Source of the DNA: Bifidobacteriaceae bacterium
GTDB lineage: Bacteria; Actinomycetota; Actinomycetes; Actinomycetales; WQXJ01
Length of the DNA: 25,134 nucleotides
Direction: 5' to 3'
Assembly (NCBI GenBank): GCA_031261885.1
Contig: JAISIU010000341.1
Span: 1-25,134, forward strand
Below, one piece after another: positions 16,301 to 25,134 of the stretch (positions within the stretch are counted from its first letter, which is position 1; the number at the start of each line of letters is the position of its first letter). Under the pieces are notes generated by a model. That model was not told where the DNA came from. It did not search any database and saw only the letters and a list, made by a program, of their open reading frames with translations. Both the position numbers and the translations under genes were made by a program.

Positions 16301-18912
16301 ATCATGTCGCTGACCTGCTTGTACCAGGTGGCCGAGAGGCGGCCGGCCGGCGCGTACGCCGGAATCGTGCGGCTGCCGGACGGCAGGTAGCCCGGATAGG
16401 AGTCGTAGGCGGCGCCGGCCGCCTTGTTCGAGGACGGGTTGGCGTACCGGTCGGTGGCCGGCTCAAAGCCGGTGGTCGGCACGGAGTAGCCGCCGTCGAA
16501 CATCGCGGAGACGAGGGCCGAGCCCTCTTCCTGGCCGGACTGGCCGATCTCGAGGATCGACTTGACGCGGGCGTTGTCCTGGACGGATTCGTCGATCGTC
16601 ATCGGCGACCCGGTCTTGACGACGAGGACGACGTCGCGGCCGAGCGTGTTCGTGACGTAGTCGATGTTGCGCATCTGCTGGGCGGAGAGGCCGGTCTGGT
16701 TGTTGTCGATGGCCTCGCGGGCGTTCAGGTGCGGGTCGTAGCCGACCACCATGACGATCGGGGCGTCGGCCGGCGCGGCGTCGACCTGGGCCTTGATGGC
16801 GTCCTCGGAGGACTGGACCGTCACCATGTCGTACTTGTAGTTGGCCGGCAGGTTGTCGACCGTGTCGTCGTTCGGGTTCTTGTCGAACGGGGCGGTGAGG
16901 ATCGAGGCGCCGTCGGTGTGGATCTTGGCCCGGTACGGCCCGTCGTTGACGGTGTCGGCCTGGAGCTGGTCCTGGCCGTTGACCTCGACGTAGGAGCCGT
17001 CGTTCAGGTCCTCGTCGTCCTGGTCGTAGGCCATCGCGGAGGCGCCGTAGGTGTTGTTGCCGCCGTCGCCGGCGATCTGGTTGTAGATGCCCACCGAGGT
17101 GCCGTCGGCCGTGGCGCCGTCGCCCGTCGGGACGATGCGGAAGGTCTGGTAGTTGACGTAGCTCGTGGTGCCGGAGTCGCGCTGGGCCTGGCCCGGGTCG
17201 TACGTGTTGTTGACCATGAGGCCCTTGTTGTAGGCCGAGTTCAGCACGTGCGGGACCTGGACGTACAGGTCGTTGATCGGCGTGCGCAGCAGCTGCGAGA
17301 TCGTGCCGTAGTCGTAGAACTGGAACAGCAGGTCCTTGTCGCTGAGCGTGACGGTGGAGCCCGATGGCGTCCCGTCGGCGAGGATCGGGACGTCGGCCGC
17401 GGTGGAGCTGCCGGGGTTCGAGTACTGGTTGTCGGCGGCCTTCAGGTAGTCGCCGTTCGAGGCCTTGAAGGCCACGGTGTCGACGGCCCGGGAGTAGTGG
17501 ACGTCGCTCTTGCCGAACGTGTTGTCGAGCGCGTTCTGCAGCGAGATCTCGTACGCGGCGTTCGAGGTGTAGTGGTCCTTCAGGACGTCCTCGCCCATGG
17601 AGCCAAGCAGGACGATGCCGGAGGACTGGGTGGCGCTGGAGGACAGCGGCAGGGTCTGGTCGTCGTTCTTCAGCAGCACGATCTGTTCCTGGGAGGCGCG
17701 CAGCGCGGTGGCGGCGTCCTCGGGGAGCAGGTCGTTGCGGTAGGTCGCGGTCTCGGCGATGTACGGATCCTTGACCGTGCCGACCTGGTCGAGGTCGCCG
17801 AGGCGGATGGCCTTGGCGATGGCGCGCTCGGCGCCCTCGTTGATGTCGCTCTCCGTCAGGAGGCCGCGCGCGATCGCGTCGTAGACCTCGGAGGTCGAGG
17901 AGTTGGAACCGAAGTTGCGGAAGCTCCACGAGTTCTCGCCGTTCTCCACGCCTTCGGCGACGCCGAGGGCGCGTTCGGCCGGGTTGTCCTCGAGGTAACG
18001 CTGGGAGTGGACCCACAGCGAGGAGCCGGAACCGGAATCGTTCTGGGTCGTGAACTCGTCGTGGCCCGTGCCCGGGTAGCTAGGCGTCCAATAGTTGAGG
18101 GCCTCGCTCTGGATCGGGTTGACGGTCATCGGGAGGCCGTTGACCAGCGGGTAGGAGTTCATGAAGGACTTGGCCGTGCCGGCCGCGATCGGGTATTCGA
18201 ACGGGCGGACGTAATACTCGCGCATGGTCCTGGGCGGCATCACGGAGTTGGTCCACAGGCGGTTGATCTCCGAGCCGTAGCCCATGAAGTGCTTCAACGT
18301 GGGCCAGAACTGGAGGTAGCCGTCCTCGGAGGTGCGCTGCGACATGCCCGTGGTCTCGGCGATCGCGAGCGTGCCGGTCAGCACGGGATCCTCGCCCATG
18401 CCCTCGTAGGCGCGGCCCTGGCGCGGATCGCGCAGCAGGTCGACGACGGGGGCGAGCAGGGAGACCTTCGGGTTGTTGGAGGCGAGCGCCTCTTTGGCCT
18501 CGATGTCGCCGATCTTCTCCATCATGGAGGAGTCGAACGCCTGCGACATGCCGAGCGGGCTCGGGAACACGGTGGAGACGGTGGAGCCGTCCTTGACGCC
18601 GTGGAGGCCCTCGCCGCCGCTGGAGCGGGCGGCCTGGATGCCGAGGCGCGGGATCGAGATCAGGTTGCCGGAGACCATGATGGCGATCTTCTCGCCCTCG
18701 GTCAGGCGGCTCATGAGGTCGTCGACACGGGCCTGGGTGCTCTGTGTGTTGTCGCGGAACACGTAGTCGGAGTTGGTGGTGAACGTCGGCGCGCCGGCCG
18801 CGGTCGCGGTCGCGGAGGCCAGCCCGGCGAGCGGGACGGCCATGGCGAGGCCGATGACGGCGGCGACAAGGCGGCGACGCACTGTTCGCTGATGGTGAAC
18901 AGCAGTGTTCAT
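13306..18912 (-). CDS. Secreted multi-domain glycoside hydrolase family 3 (beta-glucosidase/xylosidase-like), 1868 aa: GH3_N, GH3_C with insertions, Fn3-like, two CBM6-like, Ig-like (Big_2) repeats, FIVAR
   Basis: Signal peptide (RRR, hydrophobic stretch, ATA); IPRLG, TVFP, LRDPRQGRAYEGMGEDP, LKHF, QIVLLKND, PLYPFGYGLTY, DEVVQAY; VTWSSANPAIATVAADGTIKG; DRTALAAAIAQA...YTAGSW...QAAVDAATEAL. AAAGG RBS before ATG 18912. Confidence 0.92.
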   Translation of the reverse strand: MNTAVHHQRTVRRRLVAAVIGLAMAVPLAGLASATATAAGAPTFTTNSDYVFRDNTQSTQARVDDLMSRLTEGEKIAIMVSGNLISIPRLGIQAARSSGGEGLHGVKDGSTVSTVFPSPLGMSQAFDSSMMEKIGDIEAKEALASNNPKVSLLAPVVDLLRDPRQGRAYEGMGEDPVLTGTLAIAETTGMSQRTSEDGYLQFWPTLKHFMGYGSEINRLWTNSVMPPRTMREYYVRPFEYPIAAGTAKSFMNSYPLVNGLPMTVNPIQSEALNYWTPSYPGTGHDEFTTQNDSGSGSSLWVHSQRYLEDNPAERALGVAEGVENGENSWSFRNFGSNSSTSEVYDAIARGLLTESDINEGAERAIAKAIRLGDLDQVGTVKDPYIAETATYRNDLLPEDAATALRASQEQIVLLKNDDQTLPLSSSATQSSGIVLLGSMGEDVLKDHYTSNAAYEISLQNALDNTFGKSDVHYSRAVDTVAFKASNGDYLKAADNQYSNPGSSTAADVPILADGTPSGSTVTLSDKDLLFQFYDYGTISQLLRTPINDLYVQVPHVLNSAYNKGLMVNNTYDPGQAQRDSGTTSYVNYQTFRIVPTGDGATADGTSVGIYNQIAGDGGNNTYGASAMAYDQDDEDLNDGSYVEVNGQDQLQADTVNDGPYRAKIHTDGASILTAPFDKNPNDDTVDNLPANYKYDMVTVQSSEDAIKAQVDAAPADAPIVMVVGYDPHLNAREAIDNNQTGLSAQQMRNIDYVTNTLGRDVVLVVKTGSPMTIDESVQDNARVKSILEIGQSGQEEGSALVSAMFDGGYSVPTTGFEPATDRYANPSSNKAAGAAYDSYPGYLPSGSRTIPAYAPAGRLSATWYKQVSDMIGASEDHEPASYRFPAYQESDPSTGAFNNDNLSNMDGTIPNGIETYDIIKGQRTYQYFDGTPLYPFGYGLTYANFDYSPITVSAVSGNTFTISGTVKNTGTVTSDEVVQAYSAFAGTPSRIKQANERLIAFTRLLKVAPGETRPYSFTVDYTDKLAVWDVETSKYIVEPGAYTIKVAKSSADQGQQATLDLTTGETEVTAAAVRNLDKETLATDFDDYSNISRDCSDMEIVATDADNTDPQSVSLRRDGAWLVYKDVDVAAGTNMLTMNVGSDRAGTIKVFAVPTGSAAPDFKTATPIAKLNVTNTRPDGVTEVGGGISPLAVNYTTGTIPSWGNYPYPGTAEGQATQDNYVRPDLQTRTAKATVSAGTYDIYVYTTQRGSRIQWLKLGTGKDKTTAVSISEIDGQYSIRDKGGSIDLDAQLTPVTSAQKVTWGISGDNVATIDPAGVLTAKGNANGTVTVTARSGSKVASRQILVTNQLDSNKVTINGSAQTIEYPIIRTGSSLGATDAISTYQGSADQNVIASGTFADNAEGYYLPGNFLSVPDSAITWKVTNLNGRATKLATIKASGLLYATGKGDGQVLVTATLKANPDISATRVMTLTGQTARDPYKLIQAETYNTTTAQTSSGATPSPATTWGKGGEQFGLEMPLDNGSVTSFDKVGFGQVKPGVAAVRVAPSTSADAGQTVTIKVWANTVGGKLLATVAGKLPDSTLDYSTLTADIQHAVTGTHTVLLEVDGASARVDWFGFNPAGSTPGASVDRTALAAAIAQAQGLDAAGYTAGSWAACADALTDALAVNTDTTATQAAVDAATEALQTAIASLVPMNTVTGIEAAQSVIGVRTGKTIKLPVQVYTTGGSTDVTWSSANPAIATVAADGTIKGVKAGHTTVTATAVQLDASGSHESVTATVYVSATKVALTSLSAQVPATLTVGSTAHVAVVIAPLKTTGDKVTFTSSKPAVFTVDGAGTITGVAQGQGVLTIKASDASVEYTVKVTVA

Positions 18913-19211
18913 AATGTCAGTACCTTTGCTGATGAGATGGGGCAAGGCGCCCCGAAGGGCAACCCCGCCGATGGGGGGTGGCGTCCGGGCGGCGTGGCCC
19001 AAAGCGCCGGTGCGACCGTCAGCGAAACCGCCCAGAACGGTCAAAGACCGGGTGAACCGCTGGGCTGGCGGATCGGGATATCGGTGTGCGGAATCAGGTG
19101 AGTGAAATTTGATCGGGTAGGTGTGCCGCCATCCGGATGGGCCGTCTGGTGGGGGGACCGCACGGCCGGCGGCGCGTCACCGCACCCCGGACACATCGGT
19201 CGGCAAGGCTG

Positions 19212-19240
19212 AAATTACCCAAACCAGCCCAAACTGTCAA
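19212..19240 (-). promoter_or_regulatory. Near-consensus sigma70-type promoter pointing at the GH3 gene
   Basis: TTGACA (19240-19235), 17-nt spacer, TAATTT (19217-19212). Confidence 0.75.
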
Positions 19241-19277
19241 GGGATGGTCAAGACCGCACGTTGGAGCTGAAAAAGCG

Positions 19278-20429
19278 CTACCCGGCCGCCGGCCTGGGCA
19301 ACCAGAAACGCAACGTCGTTCCGGCATCGGCCGCGCCCCCGACCAGCTCCAAACCGCCGCCGCGCGACTCCAACCTGGCCCTCACCTGGGCCAAGCCGGA
19401 CAACGTGACGTGCGCCGGATCGGCCACCCCCGTGCCGTTGTCGCGCACCTCGACCACGAGCTCCTCCGTGCGCGACCCACGGCCGGGCCGGACGCCGAGC
19501 GCCACGGTCAACCGCGTCGCCCCACCGTGCTTCAGTGCGTTCGTCACACCCTCCTGGAGCGCCGTCACGAGGATCAGGCGGTCCGCCTCGTCGAACTCCG
19601 GCGCCAACACCGTGTCCACACGGGCGGCCTCGGGTGAGACCTCCAAGTCGACCGCCACCGTGGCCGGAATGTGCGCCAACTGCAGCTGAAAGGCCTGATG
19701 GAGACCGATGTCGACACCGCCCGGGTAGACCGAATGGGACAGCTGCCTGACCTCCTGCTCGCGCAGGTTGTCCAACTCCTCGATCATCGCGGCCAGCGTG
19801 TCCGCCTGCGCCACCGCGCCCCGCGCCCGGTCACTCGCCTCGACACCCTGCAACTGGCTCGCGATGAAGACGAGCCGCTGCTGGATGTGGCCGTGCAGCG
19901 TCTGAGAGACATCGCGCCGAACGCGCATCTCCTCACCCTCCAGGTCGGTGATCAACCGCTGCGTCTCCAGCTGGCGCGCCGCCGCGACGCGCTCCACGTG
20001 GCGCGCGCTCTCCGTCGAGTCGACGAAGTAGAGGCCCACCACGAGCGCCAGCAACGGCGCCACGAGCCCGTTGATCATCTCACCGCCGGCCCGGGCGCCG
20101 ATCACCTCCCCGCCCCAGAGCAACCGCAACGCCCCGAGCCGGAGCGCCGAAGCCACGAGCGCGAGAACGATCAGCGACAGGGCGCGCCACTGGAGCGACC
20201 AACGCTCCCCGTGCAACAGGCCGAAACAAACCACGACGAGGCAGCCCGCCACGAACGTCGCGGCCAGCGCCCCGACCGACTCCCACGACACGCCCGTGAC
20301 CGCACCCGCGGTCTGGCCCCACACCGTGAACGTGACGATCTGGCTGAAGGAAACCAGCATGAAGAAGGCGAGGGTCGCCACCCCGGCCCCGATCAGGGTG
20401 ACACGGTAATCACGCGGCGGCGACGCCAT
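19278..20429 (-). CDS. Membrane sensor histidine kinase, HisKA_3/NarX-like, atypical H-box (383 aa)
   Basis: About 4 N-terminal TM helices; RRDVSQTLHGHIQQRL; QEGVTNALKHG N-box; VRDNGTG G1; SGLAQVRARL. Confidence 0.85.
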   Translation of the reverse strand: MASPPRDYRVTLIGAGVATLAFFMLVSFSQIVTFTVWGQTAGAVTGVSWESVGALAATFVAGCLVVVCFGLLHGERWSLQWRALSLIVLALVASALRLGALRLLWGGEVIGARAGGEMINGLVAPLLALVVGLYFVDSTESARHVERVAAARQLETQRLITDLEGEEMRVRRDVSQTLHGHIQQRLVFIASQLQGVEASDRARGAVAQADTLAAMIEELDNLREQEVRQLSHSVYPGGVDIGLHQAFQLQLAHIPATVAVDLEVSPEAARVDTVLAPEFDEADRLILVTALQEGVTNALKHGGATRLTVALGVRPGRGSRTEELVVEVRDNGTGVADPAHVTLSGLAQVRARLESRGGGLELVGGAADAGTTLRFWLPRPAAG

Positions 20430-20463
20430 CGTGCCCCCCCTCCGGCCCGACCCGGCCGCGCGG

Positions 20464-21138
20464 TCACGGCCGCGCCGTCTGCTGAATGAATTGAAGGACG
20501 GCCGCCACCCGGGGGCTCGCCTCCGAGGACGAGATGCCGAGCTCGCGGTAAATGGCCTGGAGATGGTTCTCGACGCTGCGGCGCGACAGGCCGAGCAGCT
20601 CCGCCACCGCCTGGTTCGAGAAACCCTGCGCCACGAGCCGGAGCACCTGGAGGCGGGCCGGCGACAGCGCCGCCATCGGTGTGCCGTCGCGCGGCGAGGA
20701 ACGGTCCATGAGCTCCGGGTCGAGGATGACCTCGCCCTTCGCGGCCTCGATGATCGAGCGGTACAGCACCTCGGGCGTCACCGAGGAGCGCTTCGACAGG
20801 TAGTTCCACGGCCGGGGCACGTTGTCGCGGATCGACAGCACCAGCTCCAACACGTCGTGGCTGGAGAGCAACGTGATGATGAGGCCGGGGTCCTCGCGCT
20901 GCAGCTCGACGCCCAGGGCGACACCATTTCCGTCGCCGAGCTCCACGTCCATGAGCATGATGTCGCACATGCCCGGCCGGAACGTGGCGCGGGCCGCCGC
21001 CACTCCCCCGGCCGAACCGACCACCCGCATGGCGGGGTTCTGATTGACGAGCTCGGTCAGCATCGACCGGAGCAGGCCCTCATCCTCGACGATGCCGACA
21101 CGGATCGCGTTGTCGTCGGGTGAGGGACTCGGGCTCAT
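20464..21138 (-). CDS. NarL/LuxR-family response regulator (224 aa)
   Basis: VGIVEDEGLL, MLMDVELGDGNG, YLSK; HTH LSPARLQVLRLVAQGFSNQAVAELLGLSRRSVENHL. TAAGTT -10 box 7 nt upstream of ATG 21138. Confidence 0.93.
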   Translation of the reverse strand: MSPSPSPDDNAIRVGIVEDEGLLRSMLTELVNQNPAMRVVGSAGGVAAARATFRPGMCDIMLMDVELGDGNGVALGVELQREDPGLIITLLSSHDVLELVLSIRDNVPRPWNYLSKRSSVTPEVLYRSIIEAAKGEVILDPELMDRSSPRDGTPMAALSPARLQVLRLVAQGFSNQAVAELLGLSRRSVENHLQAIYRELGISSSEASPRVAAVLQFIQQTARP

Positions 21139-21182
21139 AGGCCTCAACTTACCAGCCCGGCCCCAGCGCGGCCTTCAGCGCC

Positions 21183-21331
21183 CGGGCCTCAGAGAAACCT
21201 TCGGGCCTCAGACGAGGGGGGCACAGTGCTTACCACCACGCCGCCACCGGCGGCGGGGGCTCCTCGCCTGAGCAGAAATACCTTCGGGCCTCAGACGAGG
21301 GGGGCGAAGCGCTCCTCGTCTGAGGCCCGAA
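21183..21331. repeat. Duplicated hairpin element / 11-mer array
   Basis: 25-mer CCTTCGGGCCTCAGACGAGGGGGGC at 21198-21222 and 21281-21305; 18-bp inverted arm at 21314-21331; CGGGCCTCAGA at 21183, 21202, 21285 and inverted at 21319-21329. Confidence 0.85.
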
Positions 21332-21354
21332 TGGTTAGCTCCGATAGTAGCCAC

Positions 21355-21389
21355 GGCCGGGGCCCGGCGGCAAAGCCGGGGCCCCGGCC
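21355..21389 (-). terminator. GC-rich hairpin just downstream of groEL
   Basis: GGCCGGGGCCCGGC / GCCGGGGCCCCGGCC (14 bp with one bulge), about 40 nt after the stop. Confidence 0.65.
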
Positions 21390-21430
21390 TGCGGGGCTAC
21401 ACGGATCAGTTGGTCAGCGGCAGTGGTGGA

Positions 21431-23161
<1,731 letters not shown>

Positions 23162-23175
23162 TCACCGGGCCGCCG

Positions 23176-23202
23176 TTAGCACTCTCGGTCAGAAAGTGCT
23201 AA
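23176..23202. promoter_or_regulatory. CIRCE operator 1 (HrcA)
   Basis: TTAGCACTC-TCGGTCAGA-AAGTGCTAA, one mismatch to TTAGCACTC-N9-GAGTGCTAA. Confidence 0.93.
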
Positions 23203-23210
23203 CACCATGA

Positions 23211-23237
23211 TTAGCACTCTCGCCCCGAGAGTGCAAG
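23211..23237. promoter_or_regulatory. CIRCE operator 2 (HrcA), overlapping the TTGCAC -35 of the groEL promoter
   Basis: TTAGCACTC-TCGCCCCGA-GAGTGCAAG. Confidence 0.9.
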
Positions 23238-23283
23238 CGAATGCCGTGCCATCAGCTAGGAGCCGAAGCCGGCCCCAGGCGCG

Positions 23284-23925
23284 TCAGTGCGCGCTGACCG
23301 CCTCGGAGATCACGAAGTCCTTGGCGAGCACCACGGTGAGGCCCTGCGCCGTGGTGTCCTTCTTCACGGTGTCGATGTGCAGGATGCCGGCCAGGTAGGT
23401 GGCGGTCACCTTCTGCGAGTTCTTCGAGTACGTGACCTCGGAGGTGGTCGGCACGGGGGTGCCCGTGTAGTCGCCGACGGTCACGGAGTTCCAGGCGTCG
23501 GACTGCATGATCGTCTTGACCTTCGCGGCCAGGCCCGTGGTGTCCGTGGCGTTGAGGATCGAGACCGCGAGGTAGCGGTCCGGCGTGGCGGAGGCCGATG
23601 GCGTGGCGGACTTGGTCTTGGACGATGACGGTGAGACGGACGCGCTCGGGGACGGGGCGGCGGAGCTCGCGGACGCGGTGGCGCCGGCGGACGCGCTCAC
23701 GGAGGAGGCGGTGCCGGCCGCCGTCTCGGAGTCCGAGGGGCTGTGGAAGTTGGAGAGGTACTTGATGACCCCGAACGCGAGCAGCGGCACCACGATGATG
23801 ACGACGATGAACGGCCAGATGCGGCTCCACGCGCTGCGGCGGGCCGCGTGGACCTCTTTGGGACGGAGGTCGGGGTCGATCTCGTCGAACTCGTCCGGCG
23901 GGAAGGGGTACGCGTTCTTGCTCAC
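23284..23925 (-). CDS. LytR C-terminal domain-containing membrane protein (213 aa)
   Basis: YPFPPDEFD N-terminus, one TM helix, S/A/T-rich linker, VSILNATDTTGLAAK...VGDY...LTVVL. TAGCCT -10 box 8 nt before the GTG. Confidence 0.85.
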   Translation of the reverse strand: MSKNAYPFPPDEFDEIDPDLRPKEVHAARRSAWSRIWPFIVVIIVVPLLAFGVIKYLSNFHSPSDSETAAGTASSVSASAGATASASSAAPSPSASVSPSSSKTKSATPSASATPDRYLAVSILNATDTTGLAAKVKTIMQSDAWNSVTVGDYTGTPVPTTSEVTYSKNSQKVTATYLAGILHIDTVKKDTTAQGLTVVLAKDFVISEAVSAH

Positions 23926-23943
23926 GGGTCTTAAGGCTACCGG

Positions 23944-24252
23944 TTAGGCCTGGGGATGGCCCGGATCGAGGCGGCGCGCCGAGCGATTGCGGGCGCGGTC
24001 GTCGCGCATGCGGCGCAAGCGCCTGACCAGCTGCGGGTCGTATTCGAGGGCGGTGTCGAGGTCGATGAGCGTGGACAGGATCTGGTAGTAGCGCGTGATG
24101 TCGAGGCCGAACAGCGACCGGATGGCCTCTTCCTTGGAGCCCTCGTAGCGCCACCACTGGCGTTCGAACATGAGGATGTGGCGGTCACGCTCCGTGAGCT
24201 GGCCGCCGTCACCTGCGGCATGGGGCGAGGTGAGCGGCGCTGACGTGGCCAT
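23944..24252 (-). CDS. DUF3263 family protein (102 aa)
   Basis: [16 protein letters not shown]...[23 protein letters not shown]...[10 protein letters not shown]; AGGAGAGG RBS. Confidence 0.88.
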   Translation of the reverse strand: MATSAPLTSPHAAGDGGQLTERDRHILMFERQWWRYEGSKEEAIRSLFGLDITRYYQILSTLIDLDTALEYDPQLVRRLRRMRDDRARNRSARRLDPGHPQA

Positions 24253-24449
24253 ACCTCTCCTTCCTCGTTGCCGGTCCTCTCATCGTACGGCCGAATCACA
24301 TCCCTGTCATTCGCCGTCGCCGCCGTTTCCCCGAAACCCCGCCGATGCCGGCCGGCCGCCTTCCCGGGCGAGGCGTCCGATGGCGACTCTCCCCTCCCAA
24401 TGGACGGTCCGGCATCGTGCGCCCTTCCGAACCGAGTAATCTGCGTTTC

Positions 24450-25130
24450 ATGGTTGCCCCGCCGCCGCTCGAACAGATCATGGATCCCGGCTGGGCGCAG
24501 GCGCTCGCGCCGGTGGTGCCGACCATCCGCCGCATGGGCGATTTCCTGCGCGCCGAGAACCAGGCCGGGCGCGGCTACCTGCCGGCCGGCCAGAACGTGT
24601 TCCGCGCGTTCACGTACCCGCTGGACAAGGTGCGCGTGCTGATCGTGGGCCAGGACCCCTACCCCACGCCGGGACACCCGATGGGGCTGAGCTTCTCGGT
24701 GCAGCCGGGCGTCAGGCCGCTGCCCGGGAGCCTCGCGAACATCTTCCGCGAGCTGCACGACGACATCGGCGCGCCGCCGCCCAGCTCGGGGGACCTCAGG
24801 CCGTGGTGCGAGCGCGGCGTCATGCTGCTCAACAGGGTGCTGACCGTGATGCCGGGCAAACCGGCGTCGCACCGGGGCAAGGGCTGGGAAGAGGTCACGG
24901 AGTGCGCCATCCGGGCGCTCGTGGCGCGCGGCGGGCCGCTGGTCGCGATCCTGTGGGGCCGCGACGCCCAATCGCTGGGGCCCATGCTGGGCCAGGTGCC
25001 GAGGGTCGAATCGACGCATCCCTCGCCGCTGTCCGCCTCGCGCGGGTTCTTCGGCTCCAAGCCGTTCAGCCACGCCAACCAGCTGCTCGAGGCCCAGGGG
25101 GCCGAACCGATCGACTGGGCCCTGCCGTAG
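24450..25130 (+). CDS. ung: Uracil-DNA glycosylase, family 1 (226 aa)
   Basis: [29 protein letters not shown]; TAATCT -10 box 7 nt before ATG 24450. Confidence 0.97.
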   Translation: MVAPPPLEQIMDPGWAQALAPVVPTIRRMGDFLRAENQAGRGYLPAGQNVFRAFTYPLDKVRVLIVGQDPYPTPGHPMGLSFSVQPGVRPLPGSLANIFRELHDDIGAPPPSSGDLRPWCERGVMLLNRVLTVMPGKPASHRGKGWEEVTECAIRALVARGGPLVAILWGRDAQSLGPMLGQVPRVESTHPSPLSASRGFFGSKPFSHANQLLEAQGAEPIDWALP

Positions 25131-25134
25131 CCGG

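Noticed and set aside
18240-18300. GH3 as a NagZ-type N-acetylglucosaminidase (suggested by the dre-like box)
   Set aside because: Lacks the KH(F/I)PG(H/L)GxxxxDSH signature; the sequence is KHFMGYGSEINR.
18860-18890. Twin-arginine (Tat) signal in GH3 (VRRRLV)
   Set aside because: Poor match to S-R-R-x-F-L-K; equally consistent with a basic Sec n-region, so left uncalled.
18940-19060. c-di-AMP or c-di-GMP riboswitch-like words (AGGGCAACC, CCGTCAGC) upstream of GH3
   Set aside because: They lie on the strand opposite to GH3 transcription, and the remaining consensus elements are missing.
14110-19101. 1663-aa ORF on + strand, antisense to GH3
   Set aside because: Codon-register shadow of a high-GC gene; V/G/R/D-rich with no domain motifs, while the - strand has clear GH3 motifs.
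21198-21305. Two 25-bp direct repeats as a mini-CRISPR
   Set aside because: Only two copies, a 58-nt spacer containing a decayed inverted arm, no cas genes or leader; better explained as a duplicated hairpin.
23238-23283. A small cold-shock gene between LytR-C and groEL, as I recall from some actinobacteria
   Set aside because: No room or ORF here; simple absence, not evidence of a feature.

Overview
High-GC Actinomycetota chromosome segment (Micrococcales/Actinomycetales-like; the taxon is inferred from gene content and style), mostly housekeeping. Left to right: murB (cut by the window edge, missing from the ORF track), a HadA/HadB-like hotdog dehydratase pair, rpmG, tRNA-Met, tRNA-Thr, yajQ, tRNA-Tyr, three MFS transporters, DUF2530, DUF3027, a cold-shock-domain gene, a PhoP/PhoR-like two-component pair, a degenerate HD-like protein and an orphan WXG100. 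Next comes a ~7.8 kb apparently accessory block (NarL-type regulator, histidine kinase, 1868-aa secreted multi-domain GH3). Then groEL with two CIRCE operators, a LytR C-terminal-domain protein, DUF3263 and ung. No integrase, transposase, CRISPR array or complete novel multi-gene system is evident. The best leads are: (i) an exact 15-bp copy of the tRNA-Tyr 3' end 108 bp downstream, among hairpins (att scar or tRNA-terminal repeat); (ii) the two-component + giant GH3 cassette with a consensus promoter, an operator-like palindrome and a ~290-nt structured leader; (iii) a duplicated hairpin/11-mer array at the groEL-cassette junction; (iv) a structured groEL leader motif. All family calls come from motif recognition by eye; no database searches were run.
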